A stretch of DNA of 64,000 nt, from assembly GCF_009914755.1 (NCBI RefSeq), contig NC_060945.1; one strand, given 5' to 3'. Positions 1 through 14,025 of the stretch are shown here, one piece after another; position 1 is the stretch's first letter; each line of letters starts with the position of its first letter. The notes under the pieces were generated by a model, which saw only the letters and a program-made list of their open reading frames with translations, did no database searches and was not told the origin of the DNA. The translations under genes were made by a program, and so were the position numbers. The stretch is from the human T2T-CHM13v2.0 reference genome, Homo sapiens.

Positions 1-289
1 GTGATTATAGAGATAGATGATATGTTATATATATTCTGTTTCACTGTGCTTACACTATTTTCACTGTAGAAAAGGGACAAATAGAGGCTGCGGCAGGACG
101 GAAGGGTCACTTGCTTTTACACTGTGTAACTTTTTGTGGCTTTGAATTTTGTACTTGAAAAAATTAATTTGTGTGTGTGTGTCCTGCAGGTAAACTGTTG
201 TCTTCTAAAAAATTTCTGCTTGACTTCCTAATCTCCAGCAGGGACCAAAACTTTTTCAGGAGCTCAGCATGCCCTCCCCTCCCCACCCA

Positions 290-590
290 TCCCCAACACA
301 CATGTACTCACACACATGCATATCACACACCCACACAACACACATGTACTCACACACATGCATGTCACACACACACCCATGCAACACACATGTACTCACA
401 CACATGCATGCCATACACCCACACAGCACACATGTATTCACACATGTATGCCACACACCCACACAGCACACATGTACTCACACACATGCATGCCACACAC
501 CCACACAGCACAAATGTATGAACACACATAGGCCATACACACCAGACACACACACCACACTGACACACACACACACACACACACACACGC
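290..590. repeat. CA-rich minisatellite (~42-46 bp unit, ~5 copies) ending in a (CA)n microsatellite
   Basis: Recurring CACACATGTACTCACACACATGCATG unit; pure (CA)n at ~564-588. Explains the His/Thr and Val/Cys ORFs at 171-721. Confidence 0.9.
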
Positions 591-1297
591 ATTTGTCAGG
601 AAAGAGCCTTTCACCACCCGCTGAGACCCCTCCCGCAGCATTTCTGAGCCCAGGTGCAGGGCAGGGCTCAGCTGGCCAACCAGGCCAGCATCAGGTCACA
701 ATGAACTCGCAACATGGATAGGAAAGGCCCAAGTCCTCTAAGCCTCAGAATTCAGTGCCACCTAGAGGCTCCTCTGTTGCATGATTTCTCAATTCTGAGT
801 GAAAAGGCAGGCCCAGCCACTGGCCTCATGAAACAGGAGGTGGTCCCATGAGCCTGTAATGTCCAAAGAAGGCACTCATATTTCTTATGAGGACTTGAGA
901 GATTGGGGCTGCCTGTCCGAGCTGCTGGCCAGGTCCCCAAGACCTGGAAGTGCTCAGTATCCCCTCGCAATTTTGCCACTCTACTCAGAGTGCAAACTGG
1001 TCAATCACTTCTGGAAACTATCTGGCAATATCTATTTGAGTTGAGCATGTGCAGCCCCTCGGCACAGCAGTCACACTCCTGATCTATACCCAACATATAT
1101 GTGCATATAAAACTCCTGCCCACCCCAGCTCACTGAAATAAGGCCCCTGAAAATCCCAGCCCCTCAGCTGGGCCATTCCCCCTTGCAGGGAAAGGGCTGG
1201 AGGAAGCTGGGAGCTCATGTTGCTCCCAGGCCCAGCAGCATCGCAAGTGTGGATGGCTCCCTCCATCCTGCCCCCTCTCGGTCCCCACCCTCTGAAG

Positions 1298-1505
1298 CAG
1301 CGGTTCTTAGCCAGGGATGATTTTGTCCCCTGGGGGACATTTGGCAATATCTGGAGACATTTTTGCTTGGCATACCCGGGGAAGAGGATGTACTGGCAGC
1401 TGGTGGGTAGAGGCCAGGGGTTCTGTGCAGCATCCTACGGTGCATTGGGCAGCCCCATGTGAAGGAGCATCCGGCTCCAAACGGCAATAGCAATGAAGCC
1501 AAGAT
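1298..1505 (+). mobile_element. MER20 hAT-Charlie DNA transposon fossil
   Basis: CAGCGGTTCT...GATTTTGTCCCCTGGGGGACATTTGGCAATATCTGGAGACATTTTT matches the recalled MER20 consensus. Confidence 0.8.
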
Positions 1506-2086
1506 ATTGTGCCTTAAGTTCTCAATGGCGGAAGAGTGGGTGTAAATTATTACTTATTTTAAATAATTGGGCATTTCAGCTAAAGATTTAGAATTAAAAA
1601 ATTCTATTACAGGAGAATTCAGTTCTAAGGCAGATGCATTTATCTTGCATTTTAAAAGAACAAAGCTGCCTAATGAAAACGGCAGAGTGAGACCATGCAC
1701 TTCCTGGGCTTTAGATGCATCTTTTTCCCAGCCTGGGAAGCTGTTCCATTCTCCAGCGAACACCACTTACTACCTAATGACTGTTCCCCCATGGACCTGT
1801 GAGTGCACTCAAATCCAAAGTTCTTATGCTGGATCACTCAAAGGGATAAAAATACATTTCTACTCATTCTTTTCTTCCCTAAAGGCAATGTCCTGTTTAT
1901 CCTTCCTTGTCTCTAAATAGATAATTTAATCAAAATGAACTAACCAGATGATCTACAATAATCAACATTAGCTGTGAAAATTGTTTATGGAACTACTCGC
2001 TACCCAGCACAGATGTATTCACATTTCCTTCATAGTGCCTGGATTCTACTAGACATCACAGAAGCACAGTCCCTACAAATTAGTGA

Positions 2087-2720
<634 letters not shown>

Positions 2721-3224
2721 AAGAAATGCTGAAGGCTCCTTTACTGTTTTATATATTAATTCAAGTTGTTCAAATGCAATCCAACTAAATTTTTAATTTG
2801 TCTCACTGTTCTCCTCTTAAATAATTAAGTATTATCCTTTGGAAAACTGAGTTTGATAAAAGAAACCAAAATCCAACAACTCAAAATATCTCAGCAGAAA
2901 CCAACATAAGGAATCAGTATAATCCTCATTGGCTGCCCCCAGAGTCATTTAGGAAATCAACCTCAAAGTAAATGTAATCAATAATTTGCTTTAAATTCAA
3001 AAAGATGTGTACATCACAAACTAAAATTCCAAACACTATCAGAAGGTATACAATAAAAAAGGTCTCCGTGTCATCTGATTTCCCAATCTCCCTACTGTCA
3101 ACAGTTTTTTTGTGTGTTCTTTCAGAAATTCTTTACATGTACAACAAACAATATATATTTTGATAAATTATAGTTGTGCTATATACACATTGTTTCTGCT
3201 GGTTGCTTTTTCTTCCTTTTTTCC

Positions 3225-4490
3225 TGTGGTAAAATGCACATAAAATAAAATGTACCCTCTTAACTATTTTTAAGCGTATAGTTAAGCAGTATTCAGTACA
3301 TTCACATATTTGTACAGCCATCACCATTATCCATCTCTGGAACTTTTTTTATCTTGCAAAATTGAAACTCTGTACCCATTAAACAACTTCCCATATCTCT
3401 CTCCCTCCACCCCCTGGCAACCATCATTCTTTCAGTCTCTATGAATCTGACTACTCTAGATACCTCATATAAGTGGAATCATAGTGTTTGTCTTTTGGGG
3501 ACTGGCTTATTTCATTCAGCCTAATGTCCTCAAGGTTCATTCATGTTGGAGCGTGTGTCAGAATCTTCCCTTTTGAGGTTGGATAATATTCCATTGTTAT
3601 ATGTAGCACACTTCGCTTATCCGTTCATCACTGACGGACACTTGGATTGCTTCCACCTTTTGGATGTTGTGAATAATGCTGTAAATGTGGTGTACAAATA
3701 TCTCTTCAAGACCCTGCTTCCAATTCTTTTGGATCTATATCTAGAAGCGGAATTTCTTGATTATATGGTAATTCTATGTTTAATTTTTTTAGAAACTGCC
3801 ATACTGTTTTGCACAGCAGCTCCAACAAGTTACTTTCCCATCAACCATGCACAAGAGTTCCAGTTTTTCCACATCCTCACCAACACTTGTTATTTTCTGT
3901 TTTTGTTACAGTAGGCATCCTAATGGGTGTGAGGTGGTATCTCATTACAGTTTTGATTTGCATTTCCTTAATGATTAATGATGTTGAACATCTTTTCATG
4001 TGCTTACCAGCCATTTATACATCTTCTTTACAGAAATGTTTATTCAAGTCCTTTGCCCCTTTTTCAGTTGGGTTGTTTGTCTTTTTGTTGTTGATTTTTA
4101 GTCCTCTATATATACTGGATATTAATCCCTTCTCAAACATATGATTTGCAAATATTTTCTCCCATTCTATGGGTTGCCTTTTTACTCTGTTGAAAGTGTC
4201 TTTTTGATGCACAAAAGTTTCTCACCCTCATGGAGTCCAGTTTGCCTATTTTCTTCTTCTGTTGTTCATGCCTTTTGTGCCTTATCTAAGAAATCCTCAC
4301 CAAATCCAATGTCATGAAGATTTTGCCCTGTTTTCTTCTAAGACTTTTATAGTTTTCAAAGACATTTAGGTCTTTGATCCAATTTGAGTTAATTTTTGTA
4401 TATGGTGTTAGAAAAGGTCCAACTCTATTCTTCTGTTTGTGGAGATCCAGTTTTCCCAGCACCATTTGTTGAAAAACCGTTCTTTCCCTG
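3225..4490 (-). mobile_element. L1MB-type LINE-1 3' fragment
   Basis: Antisense L1 3'UTR and ORF2 C-terminal sequence; minus-strand ORF reads NRVKRQPIEWEKIFANH, an L1 ORF2p motif. Confidence 0.88.
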
Positions 4491-5439
4491 TTGTCTTGTT
4501 GATCTGTCCATGTGGGCCCATACAGAATTCCCTCATTCCTTTCATGGCTCAGTCATATTCCATCATATAGAGGTACCATCCCTTTCCAACCTGTCCCCTG
4601 CTAAAGCCCTAAATTCCTTTCTACTGTGTTGATTTTGTAAAAATGATAGAGTATACATTTTTATTTATGTGCAGATGTGTGTGTGTGTGTTTGTATATAT
4701 ACACACACACATAAATTCTTGGAAGTAAAATTCTTGGCATAAATTATTTGCAGTAAAAAAAAAAAAAACAAAAAAAACAGATTATTCTGGCTGAAAAGGC
4801 AGAATCATCCAACCCACCACCAGATAATCCATTTGTGTTTTTTAAATAAAAATTCATTGTAATAAAATTGAAGCAGTCAAGAGAGACATGAAATGAAAAA
4901 TGACATTTTCACCTCAGCCCCAGTCATTCTACCCACTGGTTAACAATTCCTTGCAATTTCCTTCCAGAAAGAAATGATTATGCATATACTCAGAAATATG
5001 TACTTGTATATTTTTATTTGCATGAGTAGGCAGACTATAGACATTACTATACATCCCAAATATATTCTAGTACTCTGCTTGTTTTGTATGTGTGTGTGTG
5101 TCTTCTGGAAAAGTTACACATAATTAGCTTTCTACCAACAGAATTGTATATTAGAAGGAAAGTTTCCTTACGCCAGTGTCATCATGGGAAACCATCAACA
5201 TTTTAACATTGACAGTTAGATAGGTAAAAAGTATGTCTCAGAGAAAATAGATATTACTTTTCTTAAGAATAATATGGTTTCTGTTCTAGGAGCCAGGAGG
5301 TGGGAGGAGAACAAGATGGAAAAACTTTCCATCTTTTTATACTTATTTTCTTGTGAAGGGTCTTTATTTGTCTTTTGCCCAGTTTTTATTATTTTATTGC
5401 TTTTTCTTCTGGAATTGTATGTTTTATTTCTTATGGAAA

Positions 5440-6390
5440 TTAGTTAGGCTAGCTGCTATAACAAAAATAGCCAACAAAATATGTGTCTTAAATGAAATAA
5501 ATGGTTGTTTCTCTCACCTATGACAGTCTGAAGTGAATGTCTCATACTGCTACACATGGCCACTCATATGATACACTAAAATCACATTCAGGTACCCAGG
5601 TTCCTTCCATCTTATTTTTCCACCATGACTCAAGATGTTGTTCTCTTCCGCAATGTCAATACTGGGGTAGGGGCACATCTGTGTTCTAGCTATGGAGAAG
5701 GGGGAAGAACATGGGCAAGAGTCATACCAACTCCTTCAAACCCCTGGCCCAGAAGTGACCCACATTGCTCTGCTCATATCCTATGGGTTAGAATTTGGTC
5801 ATATGGCCACATCTAACTGCCAGGACAGCTGAAAGATAGAGTATAGTTGGGCTATGTATTAACTATCTACTCTATTCTGCCTAACAATATTACCACTAAT
5901 AACTTAGGGCTTAAAACTAAACATTTCTTATCTTACAGAATCTGTGAGTCAGGAGTTTGGTTTGGCTCAACTGGGTCCTTTGCAAGATGGCAGTCAAAGC
6001 ACTGGCTAGGCTGTAGTCTCATCTGAGGTTTGACTGGGGAAGGATACACTTTCAAGTCCAGGCAGGTTGGCAGAACTCAATTGGACTGGAGGCTTCAACG
6101 TCTTGCCTTGTTATCCATCAGCCCTGCCCTGTTATCCTCAGCTCTTAGAAGCCCTCAGTTCCTTGCCATGTAGGGTTTCCTCAAGGCCAATGGGGAGAGA
6201 GAAAATCCAGCAAGATGGATATGACAATGCTATATATATAATTACATACACACAATCATGTCAATCCTGATACCTTTTCCATGCACTATTGATTAGAAGT
6301 CATATGTCCTACCCATACTCAAGGGGAGGAAGCAACATAAGGGCATGAACACCAGGTACTAGGGATTGTGAAGGCCACCCAAGAGTGCTA
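5440..6390 (-). mobile_element. Nested old MaLR (MLT1-family) LTR fragments
   Basis: MLT1-like termini GCTGCTATAACAAA and ...CTTACAGAATCTGTGAGTCAGGAGTTTGG; heavily diverged. Confidence 0.6.
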
Positions 6391-9025
6391 TGTAGGCCTC
6401 TCTAGAATCCCATGACAATTAAAGAAGGAAAATAGATTTCAGTGGATATCTAGCTGTCAGCTTCCACCACAAAATGTGTTGCAAATATTTTTCTTAGCAA
6501 AGAAAAATGCTCAGAAAAGTGCTAGGTTGAAAATTGGCTTCATACTTTAATTTGATGGTTATTTTGTGGTTGGTATTTTAAATGTGCTTATGGCATTCTT
6601 GACTTACAAAAGCTTTTAGTTTGTGTGAAGTCAAATTTATCAATATTTTCCTTTACTGCTTCTGGATTTTGTTATGATTTATGGCATTTCATGAAAGACC
6701 TCCCCTAAGATTATGTGAAATTCCACCCATGTTGGCTCCTAAAATAACTCATATTATTATGGCCAAGCATCCCATTTTTCAGAACGTTTTCTTCACTACC
6801 AGGATAATTTGTTTGTATAAACTATTTTGCTGCTGACTTGCTTGAAAGCTATTTGTTCACAGTTTTGCTCATCAGTGACTTTTTAAGGTAAAGAAGTGGG
6901 ATTTCAGCAAATTATTTTCACCCTTTAGTTTACAATTCTTAGTACAGCTCTAAGATAAGCAATAAAATTTCATGGAAAGCAGCTTTTTTATGCAAAATCA
7001 GCATCATTCATGTTGAGTCAACGATACAGTTCTTTCCAGCTCTCTTCGACCTTTCTTCTACAGGGGACACATTTTTGTGGTCTCTCTCAGGTGTTTGCCC
7101 TCAGAGGTCACTCTGGTGCTGACTGTTTCCTTCCAAATACAAAACGATGATTGTGCCAATAGGATCCATTTACTTACAATCACTTGCCTCTCAAACAAAG
7201 GCTAAATTATTTGGAAATCCCAAAGAAACACAGAGTTTCTTCTTTTCCATCAGCAAATATTCAGTGCACCTTCTACAATGGGCCAAGCACTCTGTGCAAA
7301 GTGGGTAGCTGCTGGCAAAAAAAAAAAAAAAAAAAATACACCCTTTCAAAATTGCCACCAGGAAAGGCGAATCATCTTTTAGTTCTACAGATTCTACATT
7401 TGTGATAATATTCCAATAGTCTTCAGATGACCAAGTAGCATCAAGACCTTCCAGCATGGTCACCTAGAGCCCTTGTGACTAGACTAGACAGAAAAAAGAT
7501 GGAAGGGAGGGGAGGGGCCGACCCATGCATCCCTGCATCAGCCACAGTTTTTCAATCTGCAATACCCAGTGTTTTGCCAGGCCCTTCAGAACTGATCTCC
7601 ATAAGTACTTGTGTAGCAGGTATCAGTCTCTGTCAGTGAATGGAGGTGTGTGAGAAATTCAGCTCTGTGCATTCCTCCATAGCATGGCTTAATTTCCACC
7701 ATAAGCCCTCACCCTATCAATGGCAGAGGCTAAAGCTCAGTCCACTGGCCGAGCTGCAGCTGAGGTTTAGGGGACTTGCCTCATTCTTGCCTTGGGGAGG
7801 GGCTGAGGTGAGCCGAGGGGGTTGATATCCATGCCTGCCCCTCTGAGGAGACCTCATTGCCATCGATCCTGGTGAGGCACCCCCACTCCCCCATTGAAGG
7901 CCCCCACAGTCCTGAACTGTCTCTGCATGTGCTGGCAATGGGTCCCTCACATCTGCCTCCCCACCCAGTGTCTGTGCACAGCTGTTCTTTCTGACAGCCC
8001 TGGAAATGGAAAGCCTAGACCTGACCCCAGTTGATTCTCTTTCTGCTGTCCCATCTCTTCCCTGAGACAACCAAACCCTTCCCAAGTGAAAGGTTAGAGG
8101 GCAAAAAGGGAAGCACCAATTGGCATTTCCAAGTAATACCCACCACGCCAGTCCACAAGGCTGGAGGGCAACCAGAAGATTCAGACCCAAGACACAAATG
8201 GACCATCAACTGATCATAGTGCAGGAAAGGCCTTCTTAAAAAGGAAGCTATAAATTGCTCCTTAACGCTGCAAGGCAAGGTAAGCCTTGATTTAGATAAG
8301 TATGATTAAAGCAGCTTTCAGGAGACACTAAAAGCTTATGACTTTAATTATAATACAGGCTCATATTAACAAAGACACAACCAAAATAATACTGATTTAA
8401 ACAAGAAAACCTTTTATTTTCTCTTACAGAGCTGCACAAGTTCAGTTTCCTTCTATCTCCTTGTCCTGCCACCTAGGCTGCAGGCCTGCAGGTAGGAGTG
8501 GGGAAAAGGGAAGGGGCCTGTTCCCCTGGGGGCCACAACCCAAAAGGTGCCTGAATGCTTTCCTTCCCTCCCCGGGGCCATTCCTGGCCACAAGGGAAGA
8601 TGGGAAAGGCAGCCCTTATGTTGCCGAAAACTGTGGCTGCTTTAACTACAGAGAAGGAACAAATAAAGATTAAAGAACAAGGAGCAATATTTGTCACTCT
8701 TATATAATAAAACAGCTAAACAGTTTTATATCCATTCTCCAATGCCCAGCTCCAGCATCACCAACACCGTTAGTTCTCTGAACTAACAGTGATTCCTTCC
8801 ATCTCCAAACTTTATCTGTACCATTCATGTGATGATTACCCTCACATGGCCTGTCTCCCACAGGCTGACCCCTGAATCTCCTCTACATCCAGCGTGACAG
8901 CGCCCACCTCCGCTAAGGGGGCTCCGCTTTCCTGCCTAGCTCCTTCAGTTTCTTGCCGCGAAAATGGTCTTTGTATTGCACTTTGTGGCTGACAGACACC
9001 GTCCGTTACCTCTCAGCATTGTTTC

Positions 9026-9960
9026 AATACACACACATTAACACACACTCGCGCACACACACACGTACACACTCGCACACACTCCCACATGTACACATAT
9101 ACACGCACACCCACACATGTACACAGTCACACACAAACTCACTAACACAAACATGTATACATTCACTAACACACACAAACTCACGAACACGTGCTAACAT
9201 GTACACACTAATACACTCATACATACACACGAACACATTCACACACACATGCACATTCACTAACATGTACACACTCACACATTCACACATGCACACCTAC
9301 TAACACATGTATATACTAACACACTACATGTACATTCACTAACACACACGTGTACACACATGCACTCAGTAACACACATGCACACTAACACACATGCACA
9401 CTAACACATACATGCACATTCACTAACACACTCACACTGTAGCAGGACAAGCTGCAGACAAAACCTCTCAGACACTGAGTTAAAGAAGGAAGGGCTTTAT
9501 TCGGCCGGGAGCTTCGGCAAGACTCACGTCTCCAACAACAGAGCTCCCCGAGTGAGCAATTCCTGTCCCTTTTAATGGCTCACAACTCTAAGGGGGTCCG
9601 CATGAGTGGGTCGTGATCGTGAGAGGGTCGTGATGGATTGAGCAAGCAGGGGGTACGTGACTGGGGGCTGCATGCACCAGTAATTAGGACGGAACAGAAC
9701 AGGATGGGGATTTTCACAGTGCTTTTCTATACAATGTCTGTAATCCACAGATAACATAACGCATTAGGTCAGGAGTCGATCTTTAACTACCAGGCCCAGG
9801 GGGTGGCACCGGGCTGTCTGCTTGTGGATTTCATTTCTGCCTTTTAGTTTTTACTTCTTCTTTCTTTGGAGGCAGAAATTGGGCATAAGACAATATGAGG
9901 GGTGGTCTCCTCCCTTAACACACATACACACTAACACACACACATACACATGCACACACT
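9026..9960. repeat. CA-rich low-complexity tract interrupted by the LTR2 insertion
   Basis: ACACAC/ACATGT/CACTAAC repeats at 9026-9437 resume at 9918-9960. Confidence 0.85.
9438..9917 (-). mobile_element. Solo ERV1 LTR, LTR2/LTR2B family (HERV-E/Harlequin)
   Basis: Minus strand starts TAAGGGAGGAGACCACCCCTCATATTGTC and ends GTCCTGCTACA, contains AATAAA, and has a 4-bp ACAC TSD (9434-9437, 9918-9921). Confidence 0.85.
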
Positions 9961-10419
9961 TCTTTACTAACAGAGCCCCAGTGTGTTCCGAGGCAGTGGA
10001 GAGGACGCCCCTACCCAGCACTGTGGTGAGCCATGATTGGTCTAGACCAGATGTGGCCATTTGTTTTCCCTTTGCTGTCCAGAGATGGCCACATGACCCA
10101 TGTCTGGCTAGTGAGATGTAAGTGGATGTTCTCTGCAGGGACCTTCTAGGAAACCTCTTGCTTTTGCACCAACAGGGGTCAGCCTGGGCTGGCATCACCT
10201 TTCCCCTACCTTTCCCCTTCCTCCAGCTTCAGTCTCGGAGGTCTCGGTTCCTGGAGGTGCAGCTGCCTCTGCAGCTATGAGGGGATCAGGCGACCAGATG
10301 GAGATTGTGGAGCCGAAAGAGCAGTGGGACCAGGTCCTTGATAACCTTGTTGAGCCCCTGCAGCATCCCGGGACTGTCCACTCCAGACTTCTGGACAAAT
10401 ATGACCATTCAATTATTCA

Positions 10420-11020
10420 GTGCTAGAAAAGAAATGAGCTGTGGAGCCACGAAAAGGCGTAGAGGAACCTCAAATGCACACTGCTAAGGGAAAGAAGCCA
10501 GTCTGAAAAAGCTACACGCTGCGTAAGTCCAACCATGTGACATTCAGGAAAAGGCAAAACTATGGAGACAGTGAAAAGTCAGTGGTTGTCAGGGGTTAAG
10601 GGGAGGAAGGGATAAATAGGTGGAGCACAGAGGATTTTTAGGGCAGTGAAACTGTTCCGTATGATGCTACAATGGTGGATCCATGTCATTACACGTTTGT
10701 CCAGGCCCGTAGAACATACAACCCCAAGAGTGAGCCCTGTGTAAACTCTGGCTCTGGTGAATCCATGTCATTACACGTTTGTCCAGGCCCGTAGAACATA
10801 CAACTCCAAGAGTGAGCCCTGTGTAAACTCTGGGCTCTGGGCGACGGTGATGCACCAATGCAGGTTCATCCATTGTAACAAATGTACCCTCTGGTGGAGG
10901 ATGTTGATAATGGCGGAGGCTGTGCATGTGTAGGGGCTGAGAAACCTCTGTACCTTCCACTCAATTTTGCTGTGAACCTAAAACTTCTCTAAAAAGTAAA
11001 GTCTATGAATTTAAAATATA
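10420..11020 (+). mobile_element. L1MC-type LINE-1 3' end with an internal 82-bp tandem duplication
   Basis: GAAAGAAGCCAGTCTGAAAAAG...GGAAAAGGCAAAACTATGGAGACAG, and TTTTGCTGTGAACCTAAAACT at the terminus. Confidence 0.8.
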
Positions 11021-11574
11021 TACGCATATATATATATATATATATATGACTATTCATGTTATTTGTTTCTGCCTCTGCAGTCAGGAGACACTTGCAACCA
11101 TGTACACTTCCAACAGATACCATCTGCCTTCCTGCCACTTCTCATCCACCCCATTGTGAACTCACAAAACACATCCCAATTCCTTCCCAAGCTGAAAATC
11201 CGGAAAACAAACCACCTGAGTCCACCAGCATGCCACTGCCTCTGGTGCACCCACATTGCCTTCATGGCCCTGACACGGACTTGGGTTTGATGGACCTGGG
11301 AGTCAGTTGGCCCCAGGCCGGATGGCCCCCACTCAGGTCCTGTGTGTGCACATGAGTCCAAGAGACCCTGGGCTCAATTCTCAGCTGAAACCTGAACTCT
11401 GCAGGATGGGTCAGTCATCTGCCGCAGGCATTTGCCAGGCCTGGCTCACTGAGTCATAACGAGGTTAGTTATGTGACTGTCAGCCCTGGAGGGCAGGCAG
11501 AGGCTGCTCACATCCCTTTGTGGGGCCTTAGGGCTTCACGCTGGACCTGGACCCACACAGGAATTCCCTTAGTG

Positions 11575-11726
11575 TTTCTTTTTCTTTTTTTTTCTTTTTT
11601 TTTTTTTAAGAGAAGGGGTCTCACTGTGTTGTCCAGGCTAGTTTCAATCTCCTGACCTCAAGTGACCCACCCTCCTCGGCCTCCCAAAGTGCTGGGATTA
11701 CAGGTGTGAGCCACAGCAACCAGCCT
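11575..11726 (-). mobile_element. Alu left monomer (FLAM/AluJ)
   Basis: Poly-T followed by CCTCGGCCTCCCAAAGTGCTGGGATTACAGG. Confidence 0.85.
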
Positions 11727-13307
11727 CAAACGGTCTTTTCTTTGTGACAGCATCCAGTCTCCTAGAATCCAGCTCCCAGCTATCCATGAAAACCCTCATG
11801 GCCTTGGCTGGAAGAAGAGAGCTGGCAGCAGATCAGACAGAAAGCACCAGACAGAACCCTAAGGCCATCACCTCCCACACTCCTGAGTCAGCAGAGGTCG
11901 CAGATAAAACCTGCCTGGAGAGGGCCCTCTGCCTGTGGGCTCTTAGCTCTCAGCTCTCAGCTCTGCAGCCTGGAAGGAAACCCAGGAGGTGTGAGTTGAT
12001 GATTGCAGAGAAGAGAGCTGGGAGGTCAGCCCCTCCAAAGGTGCCTGCCCAGAGCGCGTGGGGTCACATATGGAAACCATTTCTGGGGAGGGAGAGCGGG
12101 AATCTGGAAATGAGGCCACACCAGGGGGTCCGGCCATGAATACAAGAAGGAAAGCCTTGTTGAAGGGAGGCCCATGGCAGACACAGCTCAGTGGAAGGAG
12201 GAAAATACTCAGCATTCCAACAACTTCTAGTAAGAAATCTTAAAAAAACGGAGAAATCCACGCGCTTGTGGTTTTAATCAATGCAACAACGCAACAGGAG
12301 GCTGGCTCAGAGCAACGCGAGGATGAGGCAGGGCCCAGAACACTGAGGCCTAAATGTGGAGCACACCAGTGTGGACATGAAAAACTGGCAGTGTGATCTG
12401 AGACCACTCAGTGGCCCCTTTAAGTGGTGACAATTTCCACCCAGAAGAAACGGGTGACAATTTTGAGATCCTGATTCAATAGGTTCCCCACAGATCAGTT
12501 TCTCCTCGGAGAACAGAACCTCCTGAATCTTAAGAATATTAATATCTCCAGGGCTGAATGTCCCAGCACTACTGATAAAGAACAGCCTCTTCCAGGAAAA
12601 GGAGCCGTTTTTTATCTTTGCTAATAACCAGCCAGTCTCATAAAAACTGGGAGGGAAAAAAAATCCTTAAAAATATTTACTTAAAAAACAATCAATAGAC
12701 ACACTAAAAAGCTCATGCATACTGATTTCTTTGATGTGTTTTTAATTGCTTAAGGGTCTTTGTAGAAAAATGAGCAAAGAGCATTATTTATACATTTACA
12801 TATTTAGAAGAGAGCAGGTTAAAAACTCCAACTTCACCAGCAGCAGCAAAGAACCTTTGTTGAGCAATACTGTCCCCTTGTGTCCAATCTTCACTTAATG
12901 CTTTCCTAAGTTAAGTACAGCTGCTTGATGGGACATTCTGCAGTAGTAAACGACTTCTACATTTTGCTGCCCTTTAAGACTTGCATTCCTGCAGGAAACA
13001 TGCATATGCAATACCAATTCTAAGTAAGGGGAAATCTGATTTAAGAAAATTGGCCTCAGGTATTCATGATGGAGTTCACAGCATGGGAAAATGTGGGCCA
13101 TCGATGTGGTGAAGAAAGCCTCACTTCCATCCCAGCTTTTTCACTGTTCCCCACGAGTAAGTAAGTGAACGGCAAATGTGCAAGGGAGTTAAAGTGTAAA
13201 TTCCTCCCGGCCCATATAATTGACTTGCTGAATTTTTGCAGTAACAAAAGACTGCTGTTCAAAACATTTCCAGTGACATTTTAAGACTACCTATAAAGAG
13301 AAGTTCG

Positions 13308-13677
<370 letters not shown>

Positions 13678-13714
13678 TTAATCCTGATATTCAGCAAATA
13701 TTTATCCAACAGGG

Positions 13715-14025
13715 GTTTACTTATTTATTTTTGAGACAGATTATTATTTATTTATTTATTTATTCACTCGTCACCCAGGCTGGACTGCAATGGCGTGATC
13801 TTGGCTCACTGCAACCTCTGCTTCCCAGGTTCAAGCTATTCTCCTGCCTCAACCTCCTGAGTAGCTGGGATTACAGGCACCACGCCCAGCTAATTTTTGT
13901 GTTTTTAGTAGAGACAGGGTTTCGCCATGTTGGCCATGCTGGTCTCGAACTCCTGACCTCAAGCGATCCACTCACCTCAGCCTCTCAAAGTGCTGAGATT
14001 ACAGGCATGAGCCACTGCACCCATC
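13715..14025 (-). mobile_element. AluS/J element
   Basis: Antisense dimeric Alu with (TTTA)n tail. Confidence 0.88.

Noticed and set aside
171-721. His/Thr-rich and Val/Cys-rich ORFs (also 8953-9303)
   Set aside because: Translation of CA/TG low-complexity repeats that lack stop codons.
4673-4712. (TG)n-(TA)n-(CA)n quasi-palindrome
   Set aside because: Common compound microsatellite; the self-complementarity is trivial.
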